A stretch of DNA of 64,000 bases from Gnetum montanum (Eukaryota; Plantae; Gnetophyta): positions 50,955 to 114,954 of the forward strand of contig MNCI01002922.1 of assembly GCA_015680685.1 (NCBI GenBank), in the 5' to 3' direction. Position numbers and translations under genes: made by a program. Shown one piece after another: positions 50,214 to 63,900 of the stretch (position 1 is its first letter; each line of letters begins with the position of its first letter). Under the pieces are notes generated by a model. It was not told the origin of the DNA and did not search any database. It saw only the letters and a program-made list of their open reading frames with translations.

Positions 50214-53200
50214 TGTGACATGACAGAATGCACCGACCTAGGGATACATGAGTTCCAGGGCATCCCCTAACTCATTTGATCCAAAGGTTTAGGGGTCTCA
50301 AGTTCAACATAGCTCCTTGTCTATTTGAACCTTAAGCCCCATCACCTATAGAGCACTTCGAATGGCTCCAGGCACCTTCCTCCCCTATCTGAGGCTAACT
50401 CTCATAGGAATTTGCTCTCAAATCCTCTAAGGCACCACATGCCACGCCTCTTCTAATTTTATTTTTTTTTTTGCATTGGAGGTTTCTCCATCCATCATCG
50501 AAGTAGCTAAGATGGGAGGTCGATTGCTTGCTCCCTACAGAAGTCCAAGATCAGGTTTTCCTGGGATCTCAAATGCTCCAGTGGTCCCCAACTATTGTCT
50601 GAGTTAGGACGATGTTTCTAGTGGATAAGGAACTCCACTTTCAAATCTGCATCATTGCTAGTTATCCAGAAGTTTCGGATGTAGTCTACTCTCTTTCCTT
50701 GTATAAATTGTATACAAGGTCTCTCTCAAATCAAGAGGCTTCTTTTCGGATACGGGAACCCATCTGGAAATGGCTTCAACATGCTGACATGAAAAACTGG
50801 ATGGATTTGGTCTATATTGATCGATAACTGAAGCTTACATGTCACAGGGTTAATTTTATCGATGATCTAGAAGGGACCATCATACTGCCTCATCAGCTTG
50901 GAGGTAGTTCCCTGTTTCGGCTTAAATTGATGTGAGTCCAACTTCAAGAGAATCCAATCTTCCATCTTAAATTCATAGTGCTGGCGTTTTTGATCAGCAT
51001 ACTTTTTCATTTGCTGCACTGCCCTCTCTAGATGATATTTTGTTGTTTCAACATTTTTATACCACACTTTTAAGAATTCATCTGTTGAGGGATGTCGACC
51101 CTACAATGAGGGGGAGACCATATGAGGGGTAATGGGCTACCTTTCCATTACCAATTTTGTAGGAGAAAACCCAGTAGCTGATGACTTTTAGATGTTATAA
51201 CTTAGCTTGGGAATCCTTAACAGAAAAAGCTAGTTATTTTGGTCACTACAAACATAGTGTTAAAGGTACTCTTCAAGTACTTGGTTTCTTTGTTCTGTTT
51301 GACCATCGGTTTGTGGATGAAAGCTTGTTGAAAATTTGAGGGTGGTTCCCATCATGCCAAATAAGGCTTGCTAGAAAGCACTTGTAAATCGTGGATCTCG
51401 ATCTGAAACAATGCTCATGGGTAACCCAAAATATCGAACCACCCTATCAAAATAGTATGCTACCATGTTATCAGCTGAGCACTATGATGGACAGGGAATG
51501 AATATGGCAAATTTGGAAAATTTGTCCACCACTACAATGATACTGCTTAAGCCCTGAACATTTGGTAATCCTGTAATGAAATCCATAGACACTGTAGCCC
51601 ACGGAAATGGAGGGATTTCCAAGGGCAGCAGAAGACCACCTAGATGCTCCATATAACCTTTGTCCTACTGGCACACCAGACACTTCTGAATATAAGAAAT
51701 CACATCCTAATACATTTTTGGCTAGAAGAAGGTTCTCTTAATGAGTGCCAAGGTTCTTTGCTGTCTAGGGTACCTAGCCCACTGTGTGTCATGGCACTCT
51801 TGAATTATCTCCTTTTGTAGGCCATCCCAATCTAGAACGCATATCCGATTATCACAGAACCAAAGTAGTCCATCCCTCACTTTGAACTGTGGTGCTCGCC
51901 TAGTTTCTATTAGCTTCATTAAATCAGTGATATCAGGATCCCTTTTTAAGCCATCTTGAATTCTAGCCAACAACACTTCATCACAATGAACGTGTGAAGT
52001 TTGTGGCCTAGTGATAGAAAAGAGCTAGAAGGTAGGCGAAGGACGGTGACTTAATGCATCTACCACCACATTCTCCTTTCCATGATAGTAAGTCAATTGC
52101 AAATCAAATTTAGATGACATGGCCAACCATCGAGCCTGTTTGGGCCTCAGCTTCATTTGATTCAACAAGAAGCTAGTGGCCAAATTATCTGTCTTAATGA
52201 GGACATGACTTCCCAGCAAGTAGTATATTAATGCTCTTAAGTAATGGACAATAGCAAATGTTTCTTTTTCATGGACTAGCCACCTCTACTCTACTTGATT
52301 TAGCTTTCGGCTCTCATAAGCGATAGGATGACCTTCCTGTAGCAACATGCCCCTGATTGCATTCTCACTAGCATCCGTATGAACCTTGAAAGGTTTTGAA
52401 AAATCAGACAATGCCAACACCAGATGAGAGGTTAAAGCTTCTTTGATCCTATTGAAGGCTTGCTGAAAATTTGAATCCCACTACCATGCAACTTCATTCT
52501 TTTGCAAATTGGTTAGGGGAGCAATGACACCTGAGATATTTCTGATGAATTTTTGATAGAAGCTAGCTAACCCCATAAATTGTCTGACCTCATGCACATT
52601 AGTGGGAGCGGGCCATTGGCACACAACCTCTAGCTTCTTTGGATTTGGTTTCACCTGCCCATATCCTACGAGATGTCCCAGAAATTTCAGTTCCAAACAA
52701 CAGAATTCACATTTCTCTTTCTTAATGTACAACTGATTTCATCGTAGCTTCTCAAGGACCAACTACAGGTGGGGGGCATGTTCCTCCATTGTCTAGCTAT
52801 ATATCAAGATATCATCGAGATAGATGACCAAAAATTTGTCTAGGAAGGGTTGAAATATCTCATTCATCAGGTACAAAATGTAGCTGGTGCATTGCAAAGC
52901 CCAAAGGGCATTACTGTCCACTCATATGACCCATATCACGTTATGGATGCAGTTTTTTCTTCATCTCCTTCTACAATGCGAACCTAGTAGTACCCTTGTC
53001 GAAGGTTTAGCTGGGTGAAATATCGAGCACCTGCTAATTGATCAAACAAATTAGAAATGAGTGGTACTAGGTACTTGTTCCTGATAGTGTGCTTATTCAC
53101 CAACTTGTAATCACAACAGAGCCATAGTGTTCCATCCTCCTTGGTGACAAACAACACTAGTGCCCCATAAGGGGATTTTGAGGGAAGAATGAATCACTTG

Positions 53201-54195
53201 GACATCAAACCTTCAAGTTGCTTCTTCAATTCCCCTAATTCTAGTCCCATTAAGTGATATGACCTTTGGATAGGAGGGTCAATACTTGGTTGTAATTCTA
53301 TTTTGTGATCCACGGCCCTTTGAGGTGGCAAACTTCCTGGAAATTTAGGTAGCATCACATCTTTAAAATTATCTAGCACCTATGCTATGCATGGTTCAAT
53401 ATTAATTTGGGATCCACAAGCCTTAGAAGGATCACCCATTTGCATAACTAGTAGAAATTTCCTAGTAGGATCCCTGGCCAAGCATTTCATCACTATTGGT
53501 GATACAATTTGGGGGCTAGAGCTCTCATCCTTTCCCATCTGTGCTCCATGAGTTTGAACTAGGCATGGGGAGCTTTCATGTGAAATGAAGATTATATCTA
53601 AGTGTGGAACCATGAAAACTTTGGCCTTGCATAAAAATTCTTGCCCCAATATAACCTGAAAGGAGTCCATATCTAGAATTGAAAAATCTAGAATTCCTTG
53701 CCATGAGCTCACTTAAACTGGGACATTGCGAGACATCCCAATGCACCGAAGGGGTCTGAACTTGGCCAATTTGTAGGAGGCTTGGACTGGTTCCATCTTT
53801 AGTTGCAAGTCTTTTAGCATGGCTAGAACCGTGTAATTGTGACTAGTCCCATTATCAATGAGGGTACTTATCTAACTTGAGCTCATAGTCATTAGGGCCA
53901 ATTGAACCTGATGTAAATTATCAAGATTAGTACTTTGGGAGTTTCTAGCTCCTAACCTCTACATAACCATGTTAGAAAACTCCATCATAACTGCTAGCCT
54001 TAGCTATTTCCCCGATGTGCTTCCATCTGTAATCTGAAGACATGGGTCAGGGCAATAATTGAGTGCCATCAGTTGTTTCCCTGGAGCCATCCCTTGCCTA
54101 TTTTCAGTCCTTCCTGAAGTCAAGGGACAATTTCTTGCTAGGTGGTTTCCTTGACACAAGAAGCACTGAATTGGCCCCTTAAACGCACCTCCCAT
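50214..54195 (-). mobile_element. Degenerate chromoviral Ty3/gypsy (Galadriel-like): gag zinc knuckle-PR-RT-RH-INT-chromodomain
   Basis: CFLCQGNHLARNC, LIDNGTSHN, YLDDILIY, KTDNLATSF..KQARW, integrase [10 protein letters not shown] and a chromodomain-like tail; many stops. Short LTR at about 50214-50444 is tentative. Confidence 0.88.
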
Positions 54196-55399
54196 TGTAC
54201 TGACCTAAATCATCGGTGTAAGGCTGGAAGGGAGAACAAACACTGAAGATCATCAGGCAAACACAGCTAACCCTACCTTCACTTGAGGGCAAGCTAGAAA
54301 AGGAAACGAAGGCAAAGTGCCTTGGATGGTTTGCATGCAAATCAACCAAGGACTTCCCTGAGCATAAACTATGGCTTGCGCTAGGGTTATCGTAACTGAT
54401 ATTTTAAAATGTAAACAGTGCGCATGAAATGGAAATAAAAACGAAACATATGCTGGTATTGTAAACAGAACATAAACTAAATGTAAAAATAGAACAAACA
54501 ATAAAATGGCTAGCAAAACGAACTGTATTGTATTGCTTAGAAAAGATGTGCACCGGTCCAAGCGTAGCTGCATGTGTGGATGGTAGGTTAAGCGCCAAGC
54601 CTCGGGGTGATGTGATGTGACGATGTGATGATGTGTGTTAGAAGCCCTTGGATGCTAGGAGTCAAGTGTGTCGAGCACCCAAGGATTGCTGGTCTGAGTT
54701 TCCTAAGCTGTCCAACTCCAAAATTGCCAACCTTGTTTTTGTGAATTAACAAGGTATTTATAGGATTGGGTCGAGCTTGGGCACGGAATTCATGAATGGA
54801 ATCAACGGCTGGGAGATGAGAGGATAGTAAATCAAGTGACACGTGTCCAATGGACAGCTATGTGTGAGTTGGGCGTGTGTGGGCAAGCTATGTTCTTGAC
54901 CAAATTCACCGTATCTTACAACGTGAGGGTCACTCAAGCCCATGGAAATACATACTTTTTAGACTATGAGGGCCTGAAAAGCCCACAAATGAAGATTTAC
55001 AATGAAATGATTAATTTATAACAAAAGAAATTGGTTGTGGCTCGCTTGAGACTTCTGGATCTTTGATTTGACCACTGTGATCGCTGCAGGATACCGATTC
55101 GAGTGTTTCTGTGGCTTTTGAGGTGTGTCTACTTGCACTCATGCTGGGCATTCAGTAGACACTCATGCTAGGCAGTCACGCTGGGCGTTCAGTAGACACT
55201 CACGCTGGGTAGTCACGCTAGGAGTGTCCTCAACGTGACTTCAGCCAAAGTAAAATAAAATAAGACACTTGACACCAAATTTTGATTTCTGAAGCCTATT
55301 CCTTGAATGCAACTGTTGCCCTGAATATGTCTAACCTTGAGAGTGATCTGAAATATGAATTTAAGCCTAAATGTGCCCTTTTCAGAGCCACTTTTGGCA

Positions 55400-56200
55400 G
55401 GTCACGCTGGACTCATGTTGCAGCGTGACTTCAGGAAAACTTCTTAAAACTTGCAATTTTCGACCTGAAATCTAACATTCTAGAGGCTAGGATCCATAGC
55501 TATCAATAATGAACCCTAAGGATGATTTACACCTTTAAAATCAAGTCATTTTGACTTAGTTTTGAGGCCCTAAAAGTTGGTCACACTGGACTCACGTTGC
55601 TGCGTGACCTGTAGCATGACTTGCAGTGTGACCTCAGAAACTTGCAATTTTGAGCTGAAATCTAGAATTTTTGAAGGCTGGGACCTATAGTTGTCAATAG
55701 TGGACCCTGAGGATGATTTGCACCTTTGAAATCAAGTCATTTTGACTTAGTTTTAAGGCCCTAAAAGTTGGTCACGCTGGACTCACGTTGCAATGTGACC
55801 TACAGCGTGACCTGTAGTGTGACCTTAAAAACTTGTAATTTTGAGCTAAAATATGGAATTTCTAAAGGTTGGGACCTATAGTTGTCAATAGTGGACCCTG
55901 AGGATGGTTTTCACCTTTAAAATCAAGTCATTTTGACTTAGTTTTGAGGCCCTAAAAGTTGGTCATGTTGGACTCACATTGCAACGTGACCTACAGCGTG
56001 ACCTACAGTGTGACCTCAAAAACTTGCAATTTTGAGCTGAAATTTGGAATTTCTGAAGGCTAGGACCTTTAGTTGTCAATAGTGGACCCTAAGAATGACT
56101 TGCACCCTTGAAATCAAGTCATTTTGACTTAGTTTTGAGGCCCTAAAAGTTGGTCACACTGGAGTTAAGCGGTAGCATGACCTGCAGCGTGACTTCCAAA
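55400..56200. repeat. About 180-190-bp tandem repeat (about 4.3 copies) in the Tat 3' LTR
   Basis: ggtcacgctggactcacgttgc...gaaatcaagtcattttgacttagttttgaggccctaaaagtt units. Confidence 0.9.
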
Positions 56201-57607
56201 AACCACTTAGAAATCATTATTTTTAACCTAGTTTTGATGCTATGTGAAGTTTCTCACACTGAGGGTGAGCAAGCTGCCTTGGGCAAGTTGGGTGTGAGCT
56301 CCATGCCTTAGCCAAATTTTTCCTCCCGAAACTTTGAAAGGGCTTGAGTCGTTCTCATTTTAAAGTGCTAGGTCGAAATTAATGGTGTTTCATTGGCCTC
56401 TCTTTGTTGATGTCTGGAGGAATCCACCCAAGAGGCATCGACAAAGTAGCGCAAAACACCATAAATAAACAAGGACCAAGCATTATCTGTCGACCCTTGG
56501 CTAGATGTCATCGCTCCATTTTCAAAAGTACATGGGGTTGGGGAGGTGCAGTTCAAGATGCAAGGGGAGTGGTTGCAACCGGGGGAAGTCAAGAGTTGAT
56601 CAAGGGTTATGATTGCTACCAGGATTGTGGGAGGGGAATGCTCTCACGTGAATGAGCTATATCTTTGGTCCTTGTCCATAGCCAGTGTTCAATAGACTCA
56701 GAGCCAAGACATAGGAAGTGCGTTCTTTGGAGAAACATGACTCTTATAGAGTGTTTACAGGGCCCATTGCAAAAAGCCAAAGCCACGTGATGATGTGCAA
56801 CATGATCTGTTTGAGACATGAGCGTAACTGTTTTTCAAGACAATTTCCTTCTTGCCTAGGGCTTGTATGAAAATAGCCAATAGTCTTTTGCCTATGATGT
56901 CAACGGGGTCATGAAGACCTTTTCCGTGCATTTTTCTCTTTGACCATTTTCTTTTTCTTTTCTTGTTTTTCTTGTTTGTTTCTTCTTTTCTCTTCTTTTT
57001 ACTTTATTTTGCCTTTCTTTTTCTTTTATTTTTCTTTTTCTCTTTGGTCTTTTTGAAAGAGCTTGCTTTTAGTGCTGTGCTCATGTTCAAGCACTTGCAT
57101 TTTGTGTCATGCATCGTATACTATGTTTTGCGTTGCAACTGCTTAGAAAGTCATAGTGTGCAACAGTGTATCAAGAGTTTTGAGATGAGTAGGATGTATC
57201 AAGGGGGATGTAATTAAATAGGATAAGGGACCATGATGGGGAATAGGGAATGTATTAGGAGTCGGGAATGTACTTATGAACGGATTGATTAACCCAGTCA
57301 CGTGCATTAGGAAGAATGTGATACTTTGTTGTCATGATGAAGTGCATCTATGCACGAACGTCTCTGGCGTGTCATCCTACAAATACAACTCCAAGAAGAC
57401 AAGAAGAACACAAATGAATCGGTTAACTAAGCACTTTAAACAAGGAGATGGAGCCACCATGTGCAATTTTCAAAGTAGATAGAATTATGAACAACATCAA
57501 CCTCATCAAGGCCCATGAGACAAACTATGCAGCAAGTCTTTGTGGAACATGATCAGCTAATTGCAGCAACACATCTTTTCAAGTTTCTCTTGGTCATTGA
57601 TGATGTC

Positions 57608-58003
57608 GCTAGTTTATAGTCTTAGCGGACTGTTGTGGATTAGTTTCACATCATAACCCCTTGGATGCGCCAATTTAGCATCGTAGCGGACAATGCATTG
57701 CTAGTTTATAGTCGTGGTGGACTATGAAGAGGCAAACCAGTTTATAGTCTTAGTGGACTCTGCATGCCATTTTTACGTCATGGCGAATAGATGTGGCAGT
57801 TTAGAGTCATACCGAACAAAGCTCTGTGGTATCAGTTTTAAGTCATGATGCCAGGACTTTTTTGTGGTATCATTTTTAAGTCATGATGCCAGGACTTTTT
57901 TGTGGTATCAGTTTTAAGTCATGATGCCAGGACTTTTCTATGGTATCAGTTTTAAGTCATGATGCTAGGACTATTCTGTACCAGTTTATAGTCATAGCAG
58001 ACT
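57608..58003. repeat. Array of about 12 copies of a 20-24-bp motif, period 29-38 bp
   Basis: AGTTTATAGTCNTAGYGGAC-like motif at 57611, 57642, 57672, 57703, 57739, 57769 and 57798, four homogenised 38-mers (57834-57948), and one more at 57984. Confidence 0.85.
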
Positions 58004-58416
58004 GATGCTTACCTTGTGTAAAGTGTGATGCTGCATGCATGGTCATGTTACATGCTTGCGAGATCCTGCAAAAATCAACTAGGAAGAAAACAACATCAAG
58101 TGACACCTGTCATACATAGAGTTGGAATGTATGAATGAAAGAAAAGCAATGCAAAAAAGTGATAGTTTTAGGCCATTCCAAGTTGTAAGCTAGTTTAAGG
58201 CCTTTTTGGGCCATGTGTTTTTGTAGTTTTATGTTTTTCAAATGCACTATGTGAACTAAGTTGATGAATATGTTAACAAAGCAAAATGTGTGATCTAAGT
58301 GAGCGGGCAAAATGTAAATGTAAAGGCTAGTACGATGTAAATGAAAGTCAAAAATGCATGGCAAAGGGTAGGCAGGCACCCACATTTTTGGCCAAGGGAA
58401 GGTCTTGGTCATGTAG

Positions 58417-59559
58417 TTACTTCCTAACTAGGCATGGATTAGGGAGCATGCAAGGTTTACGATCCTCTGGGGGGCTGTCAGCTTCAACCACTCGTTCGGG
58501 TGTGTTAGCCTTAAGTGTTGCATTGGTTGTTATAGGTGTACCACCAAGAAACTCTTCTTCTAAAACTTGTGCCATGTCTATGTCGTGAATAGTTGAAGAG
58601 GAAGCATTATCACCATGGATGATAACTTGACCACCTTCGTATGGAAGGTGGATTTCTTGGTGGATGGGAGAGGAGATGGCCCTTAGTTGAGCTAGCCAAG
58701 GCCTACCTAGAATCATGTTGAAACTTGGCATCTCCTCTATGACAGTGAAATCTACACTAGTGGGGAATTGCTCTCTCGCTACAAAGGCTAAGTTGATTGT
58801 ACCCTTGACTATGACATGTGATCCATTGAAGGATTTTAGACATGTGATTTTGGTTGGCTTAATTTCATCTACTAGGCCTAGCTTGTTGATGACAGAGTAC
58901 AAGACTACATTTGTTGATGCACCATCATCAACATGTACTCTACGGATGGTACATTGTCCAACATGAATGCTAATGGATAGTGGAGCTATAGTGACCTCCC
59001 CTCGTTTGGGATTGACTTTGACTACATCATCGCGAAAGGCTGAGGTTGTTGAACCCAATTCTTGTGGTGTGGGAGGCAACATTGTTGCTTGGATGGATGC
59101 CTCATTTGCAGGGATGTCCTCCATAACAGGAATGGAGGCTAAGACCTGGGCCAATGCTTGGCAGTGAGCAGGTGAGGTCCTGACCAAGTCGTATAAGCTA
59201 AATGTTGTGTTCTTTTGCTTAAGTGTTTGCTTTACCTGGGTTAGTGCAGCTACGAAGTCCTTATCATTAGCCGTTGTGTTGGCTTTGACTTCCTCCGTGA
59301 AGCTTGAGAGATAGACCTCTCGAGAGGGGGACTTGGGCTTGGTTTGCTTGGGGGTAGGGGCCCCAATGTTCAGTTGTTGTTTGCTAGTTGTGGCCTTTGC
59401 TTTTGCCATGGGAGTTGCAAGGTGCTCGTTCGTCCTCTTGTGTTCCCATTTGGTGGGCCTACCCAGGTTGCTAGTGGGGTCAACCCTTGAAGGAGGAGGG
59501 ATTGAGATGTTACCCACTATTGGGCTTCGGGTAGGTGAGGGGCCATCACGTTGTGGCAC
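58417..59559 (-). CDS. Retrotransposon gag C-terminus plus aspartic protease, open 380-codon segment
   Basis: RRVHVDDGASTNV catalytic motif and FNMILGRPWL; the upstream gag (59600-61746) is disrupted. Confidence 0.8.
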   Translation of the reverse strand: MPQRDGPSPTRSPIVGNISIPPPSRVDPTSNLGRPTKWEHKRTNEHLATPMAKAKATTSKQQLNIGAPTPKQTKPKSPSREVYLSSFTEEVKANTTANDKDFVAALTQVKQTLKQKNTTFSLYDLVRTSPAHCQALAQVLASIPVMEDIPANEASIQATMLPPTPQELGSTTSAFRDDVVKVNPKRGEVTIAPLSISIHVGQCTIRRVHVDDGASTNVVLYSVINKLGLVDEIKPTKITCLKSFNGSHVIVKGTINLAFVAREQFPTSVDFTVIEEMPSFNMILGRPWLAQLRAISSPIHQEIHLPYEGGQVIIHGDNASSSTIHDIDMAQVLEEEFLGGTPITTNATLKANTPERVVEADSPPEDRKPCMLPNPCLVRK

Positions 59560-62500
59560 CTTGATGACAAAAGGTTACTTAGCGGTTTTTGTTGCTACGT
59601 CATGCCAGTTTAACGTCTTAGTGGACGAGTCATGCCAATTTAACATCTTAGCGAATGAACATTGTGAAGCCTTGATCATAAAGGATGTTGTGGGTGCCTG
59701 GGGTGGCACCTTGATAATAAAGGGAGGCCTCTTGTTTGTGGAGGCTGGGGGAATCCTTGCCTTGCTTGAAGGCACACGGATCACAAAAGGTTTTTGCACA
59801 ACTTTGGGCTTGCCACCGATGCTAATTGAGTTTATGACATAGGAGGCATTGTCTGTGTTGGATTAACTTACCGTGTCCATCACTAGTTGGCCTTGTTCTA
59901 TCATTCCCTACAGGTCATCTTGCAAGGCATGACAGTGATCTGTACTATGACCAGCCATTTGATGGTAATGACAGTATTGGTCCAATTTAAAATGTTGTGG
60001 GAGCAGGGGCTCATTTGGTACTACTAAGGCGAGGTTCCTTAGTAGCTCACAGTACCTATCATATTTTTGGCAGGTAATCTCTGATACGTGTTTGTGTTGG
60101 ATTTGCCCAGCTTTCAAGAGTTGCTCTAATAGTTGAGAGGGTTGCATCGGTAGTGGTGTGTACTTTGAGTGATCCTTGTGTTGAAAGTTGGGCTTTGGAG
60201 TGGCCCCTGCCGATGTACGTGAGTTGGCACCAAAGTTGGTAGTTTTGTTGGCTGGGGCTTTGGGCTGCTTAGCTGTTGGGCCCCAGTTGGTTGCTTTTGT
60301 GATTGCGGCTACCGTTGCCTCGGTTGTGTTTTGCTTGCAAGTATGTTGGTTTTTGTAGGCTACATAAGCTGGGTCATCGTTTGTTTATGCAGCCTCTTCT
60401 ATGTCTTTAATTTGTACAAATGCTTGGCTCAAGGTATGGGGTTTTAAATAGTAAATTTTTTATTTAATAAAGTCATTCGTGGCTGCTTTAAAAATGGTGA
60501 GCAAGTATGTCTCCAAGATGGGCTTGTGGAGTTCATTCAGGGCTACACTCCATCTTTGGATGAATTTCTGTGCTGGCTCTAATGGAGCCTATTTAATCTA
60601 AATCAGGCTATCCAGTGTGGCTTCAGGCTTTAGATTATATTTAAAACGGGTAACAAACTGATGTAACAAATCCTCCAGAGAGGATATGGAGTTACGGGGT
60701 AAAGCTCGGTACTAGTCTAAGGCTTTTCCCATTAAGGACATAGCAAATATACACAGAATTGCATGAGGCCAGGCCTAAGCAATAGACATTCTATTCAAAA
60801 TGTTACTAGGTGGGCATGTGGGTCTCCCTCTCCATTGTACTTGGTTAACTGGGGTAATGAGACTCCCTTTGGCAAGGTTAATGGTGGAATTGAGGGGTCA
60901 ATTGGATCATCTTGATAGAAGTCCAACACCTTGATTTTCTTAATGTTTGTGGTTTTAAGGTGCTTTACGTCTTCAGTTAACATGTGCATCATTTTCTTCA
61001 TGTATGCCCACTCTTGGGCAGTAGGCATACCAGCGAGTTGAATGGATTGTGATTGGTAATAATTTGATTATTGCATTATTTGCGGCAAGGGATACTGTTG
61101 GATTGTTGGTTGTTGTGGTAGACCAACATTCAGAGATGGGATTAGAGGGTGTGATACGTTATAGAGTGGGTTGGTGTTGCTGGACAGTTGGTGAAACCCA
61201 CTGCCCAGCCATAGGTTGTGAGGTGACACCCTGAACGTGTTGCGCTGAAGTAGTCAAAGGTGCCCCATGGGTTTGTAATTGTGGTATATAATAGGTGGAC
61301 GTGGAAGCTAGTATTTCTTGTCGAGGAGCTAGGCCTCACGTGTATGCGGACGAAGGAGGAAGCATGGTTCCCTCTAGAAAAGGTTGGAATAATGGGTTTG
61401 TATAGGCACGAGGATTGACGGTATGGTATGAATCTCCCTGTTCAGATTGGGCTGCAAAGTCGTCTTCCTCATCCCCACCCTGAGGCTCTATTGGAGATGT
61501 CTGTAAGGCTTGACTCCTTGCCATGAGAAGCTGAAACATGATCTGATGATGGTGTTCAGAAAGGGGGATTATGTCAAATGCTGAGGGGATGAACTCACGA
61601 CCTCCCTTGTAGATGAGCTCATAGTTTTGCTTTGCCTCTCTTTCCATGTGATATATAGGCAAGTTGGCTTGTATTTTTACACAAATGAAGTTATATTGTT
61701 CTGGTGTGAGGATTGCACAAGTAGGGTTGATGTGGAAAGTTTCCATGACAATGTGTCCAAGCTAATAGCGTGTGCAACGTGACTAACCTACGTGACCAAC
61801 TGCAGCATGATTGACTATAGCATAACCAACTACAATGTGACCACTACAGCAACGTGACGGATAGGGCTCAGCGTGGGCAAGCTGATTCGAGCTTCAGCGT
61901 TTGGCAGCGTTAGTTGGGTTTGTTTCAACAAGATGATAAACAAGGTAGCCCTCCTTCTAGCACCAATTTACTATACTAACCTAATCGTCGATGTAAGGCT
62001 GGAAGGGAAAGCAGACACCGAAAGATCATCGGGCAGACACAGCTGACCCTACCTTCGCTTGAGGGCAAGCTAGAAAAGGAAACGAAGGCAGAGTGCCTTG
62101 GATGGTCTACACACAAATCAACCAAGGACTTCCCCGAGCGTAAACTATGGCTTGCGCTAGGCTTGTCGTAACTGTAAACGTATGCTGGTATTGTAAATAG
62201 AACGTAAACTAAACGTAAAAATAGAACAAACAATAAAATGGCTGGTAAAATGAACTATATTGTATTACTTAGAAAAGATGTGCATCAGTCCAAGCGTAGC
62301 TGCACGTGTGGATGGCAGGTCAAGCGCCAAGCCTCAGGGTGATGTGATGTGACGATGTGTGTCAGAAGTGCTTGGATGCTAGGAGTCAAGTGTGCCGAGC
62401 ACCCAAGGATTGCTGGTCTGAGTTTCCTAAGCTATCCAACTCCAAAATTGTCAACCTCGTTTTTGTGAATTGATAGGGTATTTATAGGATTGGGCTGGGC

Positions 62501-63119
62501 TCAAGCACGGAATTCATGAATGGAATCAACAGCTGGGAGATGAGAGGACAATAGATCAAGTGACACGTGTCCAATGGATAGCTATGTGTGAGTTGGGCAC
62601 GTGTGGGCAAGCTACGTTCTTGACCAAATTCACCGTATCTTATAACGCGAGGGTCACTCAAGCCCATGAAAATACATACGTTTTAGACTGTGAGGGCCTG
62701 ACAAGCCCACAAATGAAAATTTACAATGAAATGATTAATTTACAACAAAAGAAATTGGTTGTGGCTCGCTTGAGACTTTTGGATCTTTGATTTGACCACT
62801 TTGACCACTGCAGGATACTGATTCGGGTGTTTTTGTGGCTTTTGAGGCATGTCTACTTGCACTCATGCTGGCCGTTCAGTAGACACTCACGCTGGGCAGT
62901 CACGCTAGGTGTTTAGTAGACACTTACGCTGGGTAGTCACGCTGGGAGTGTCCTTAACGTGACTTCAGTCGAAATGAAATAAAATAAGACACTTGAAACC
63001 AAATTTTGATTTTTAAAGCCTATTCCTTGAATGAAAATGTTGCCCTAAATGTGTCTAAGCTTGAGAGTGATCTGAAATCTGAATTTGAGCCTGAATGTGC
63101 CCTTTTCGGAGCCACTTTT

Positions 63120-63900
63120 GGCAAGTCACATTGGACTCATGTTGCAGTGTGACCTACAACGTGACTTCAGAAAAACTTCTCAAAAATTGCAATTTTGGGC
63201 CTGAAATCTGACATTCCAGAGGCTAGGACCCATAGCTATCAATAATGAACCCTGAGGATGATTTGCATCTTTGAAATCAAGTCATTTTGACTCAGTTTTG
63301 AGGCCCTAAGAGTTGGTCACGCTGGACTCACGTTGCAGCGTGACCTTAAAAACTTGAAATTTTGAGCTGAAATCTAGAATTTTTGAAGGCTGGGACCTAT
63401 ATTTTTCAATAGTGGAGCTTGAGAATGACTTGCACCCTTGAAATCAAGTCATTTTGACTCATTTTTAAGGCCGTGAAAGTTGGTCACGCTGGAGTTACAC
63501 GGTAGCGTGACCTGCAGCGTGACCTGTAGTGTGACCTCAAAAACTTGCAATTTTGAGCTAAAATCTGGAATTTTTGAAGGTTGGGACCTATAATTGTCAA
63601 TAGTGGACCCTAAGGATGATTTACACCTTTGAAATTAAGTCATTTTGACTTAGTTTTAAGGCCCTAAAAGTTGGTCACGTTGGACTTATGTTGCAGCGTG
63701 ACCTGCAGTGTGACCTCAAAAACTTGCAATTTTGAGCTGAAATCTAGAATTTCTGAAGGCTGGGACCTATAGTTGTCAATAGTAGACCCTGAGGATGATT
63801 TGCACCTTTGAAATCAAGTCATTTTGACTCAATTTTGAGGCCCTGAAAGTTGGTCACGCTGGAGTTACGCATTAGCATGACCTGCAGTGTGACTCCCGAA
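63120..63900. repeat. Same tandem repeat in the Tat 5' LTR
   Basis: Units start near 63124, 63313, 63481, 63671 and 63850. Confidence 0.9.

Noticed and set aside
57608-58003. CRISPR array
   Set aside because: Eukaryotic retrotransposon context, degenerate repeats, spacers far too short and no cas genes.
61949-61965. tRNA-Asn gene
   Set aside because: Only the 3' 17 nt including CCA are present, next to an LTR; this is a primer-binding site.
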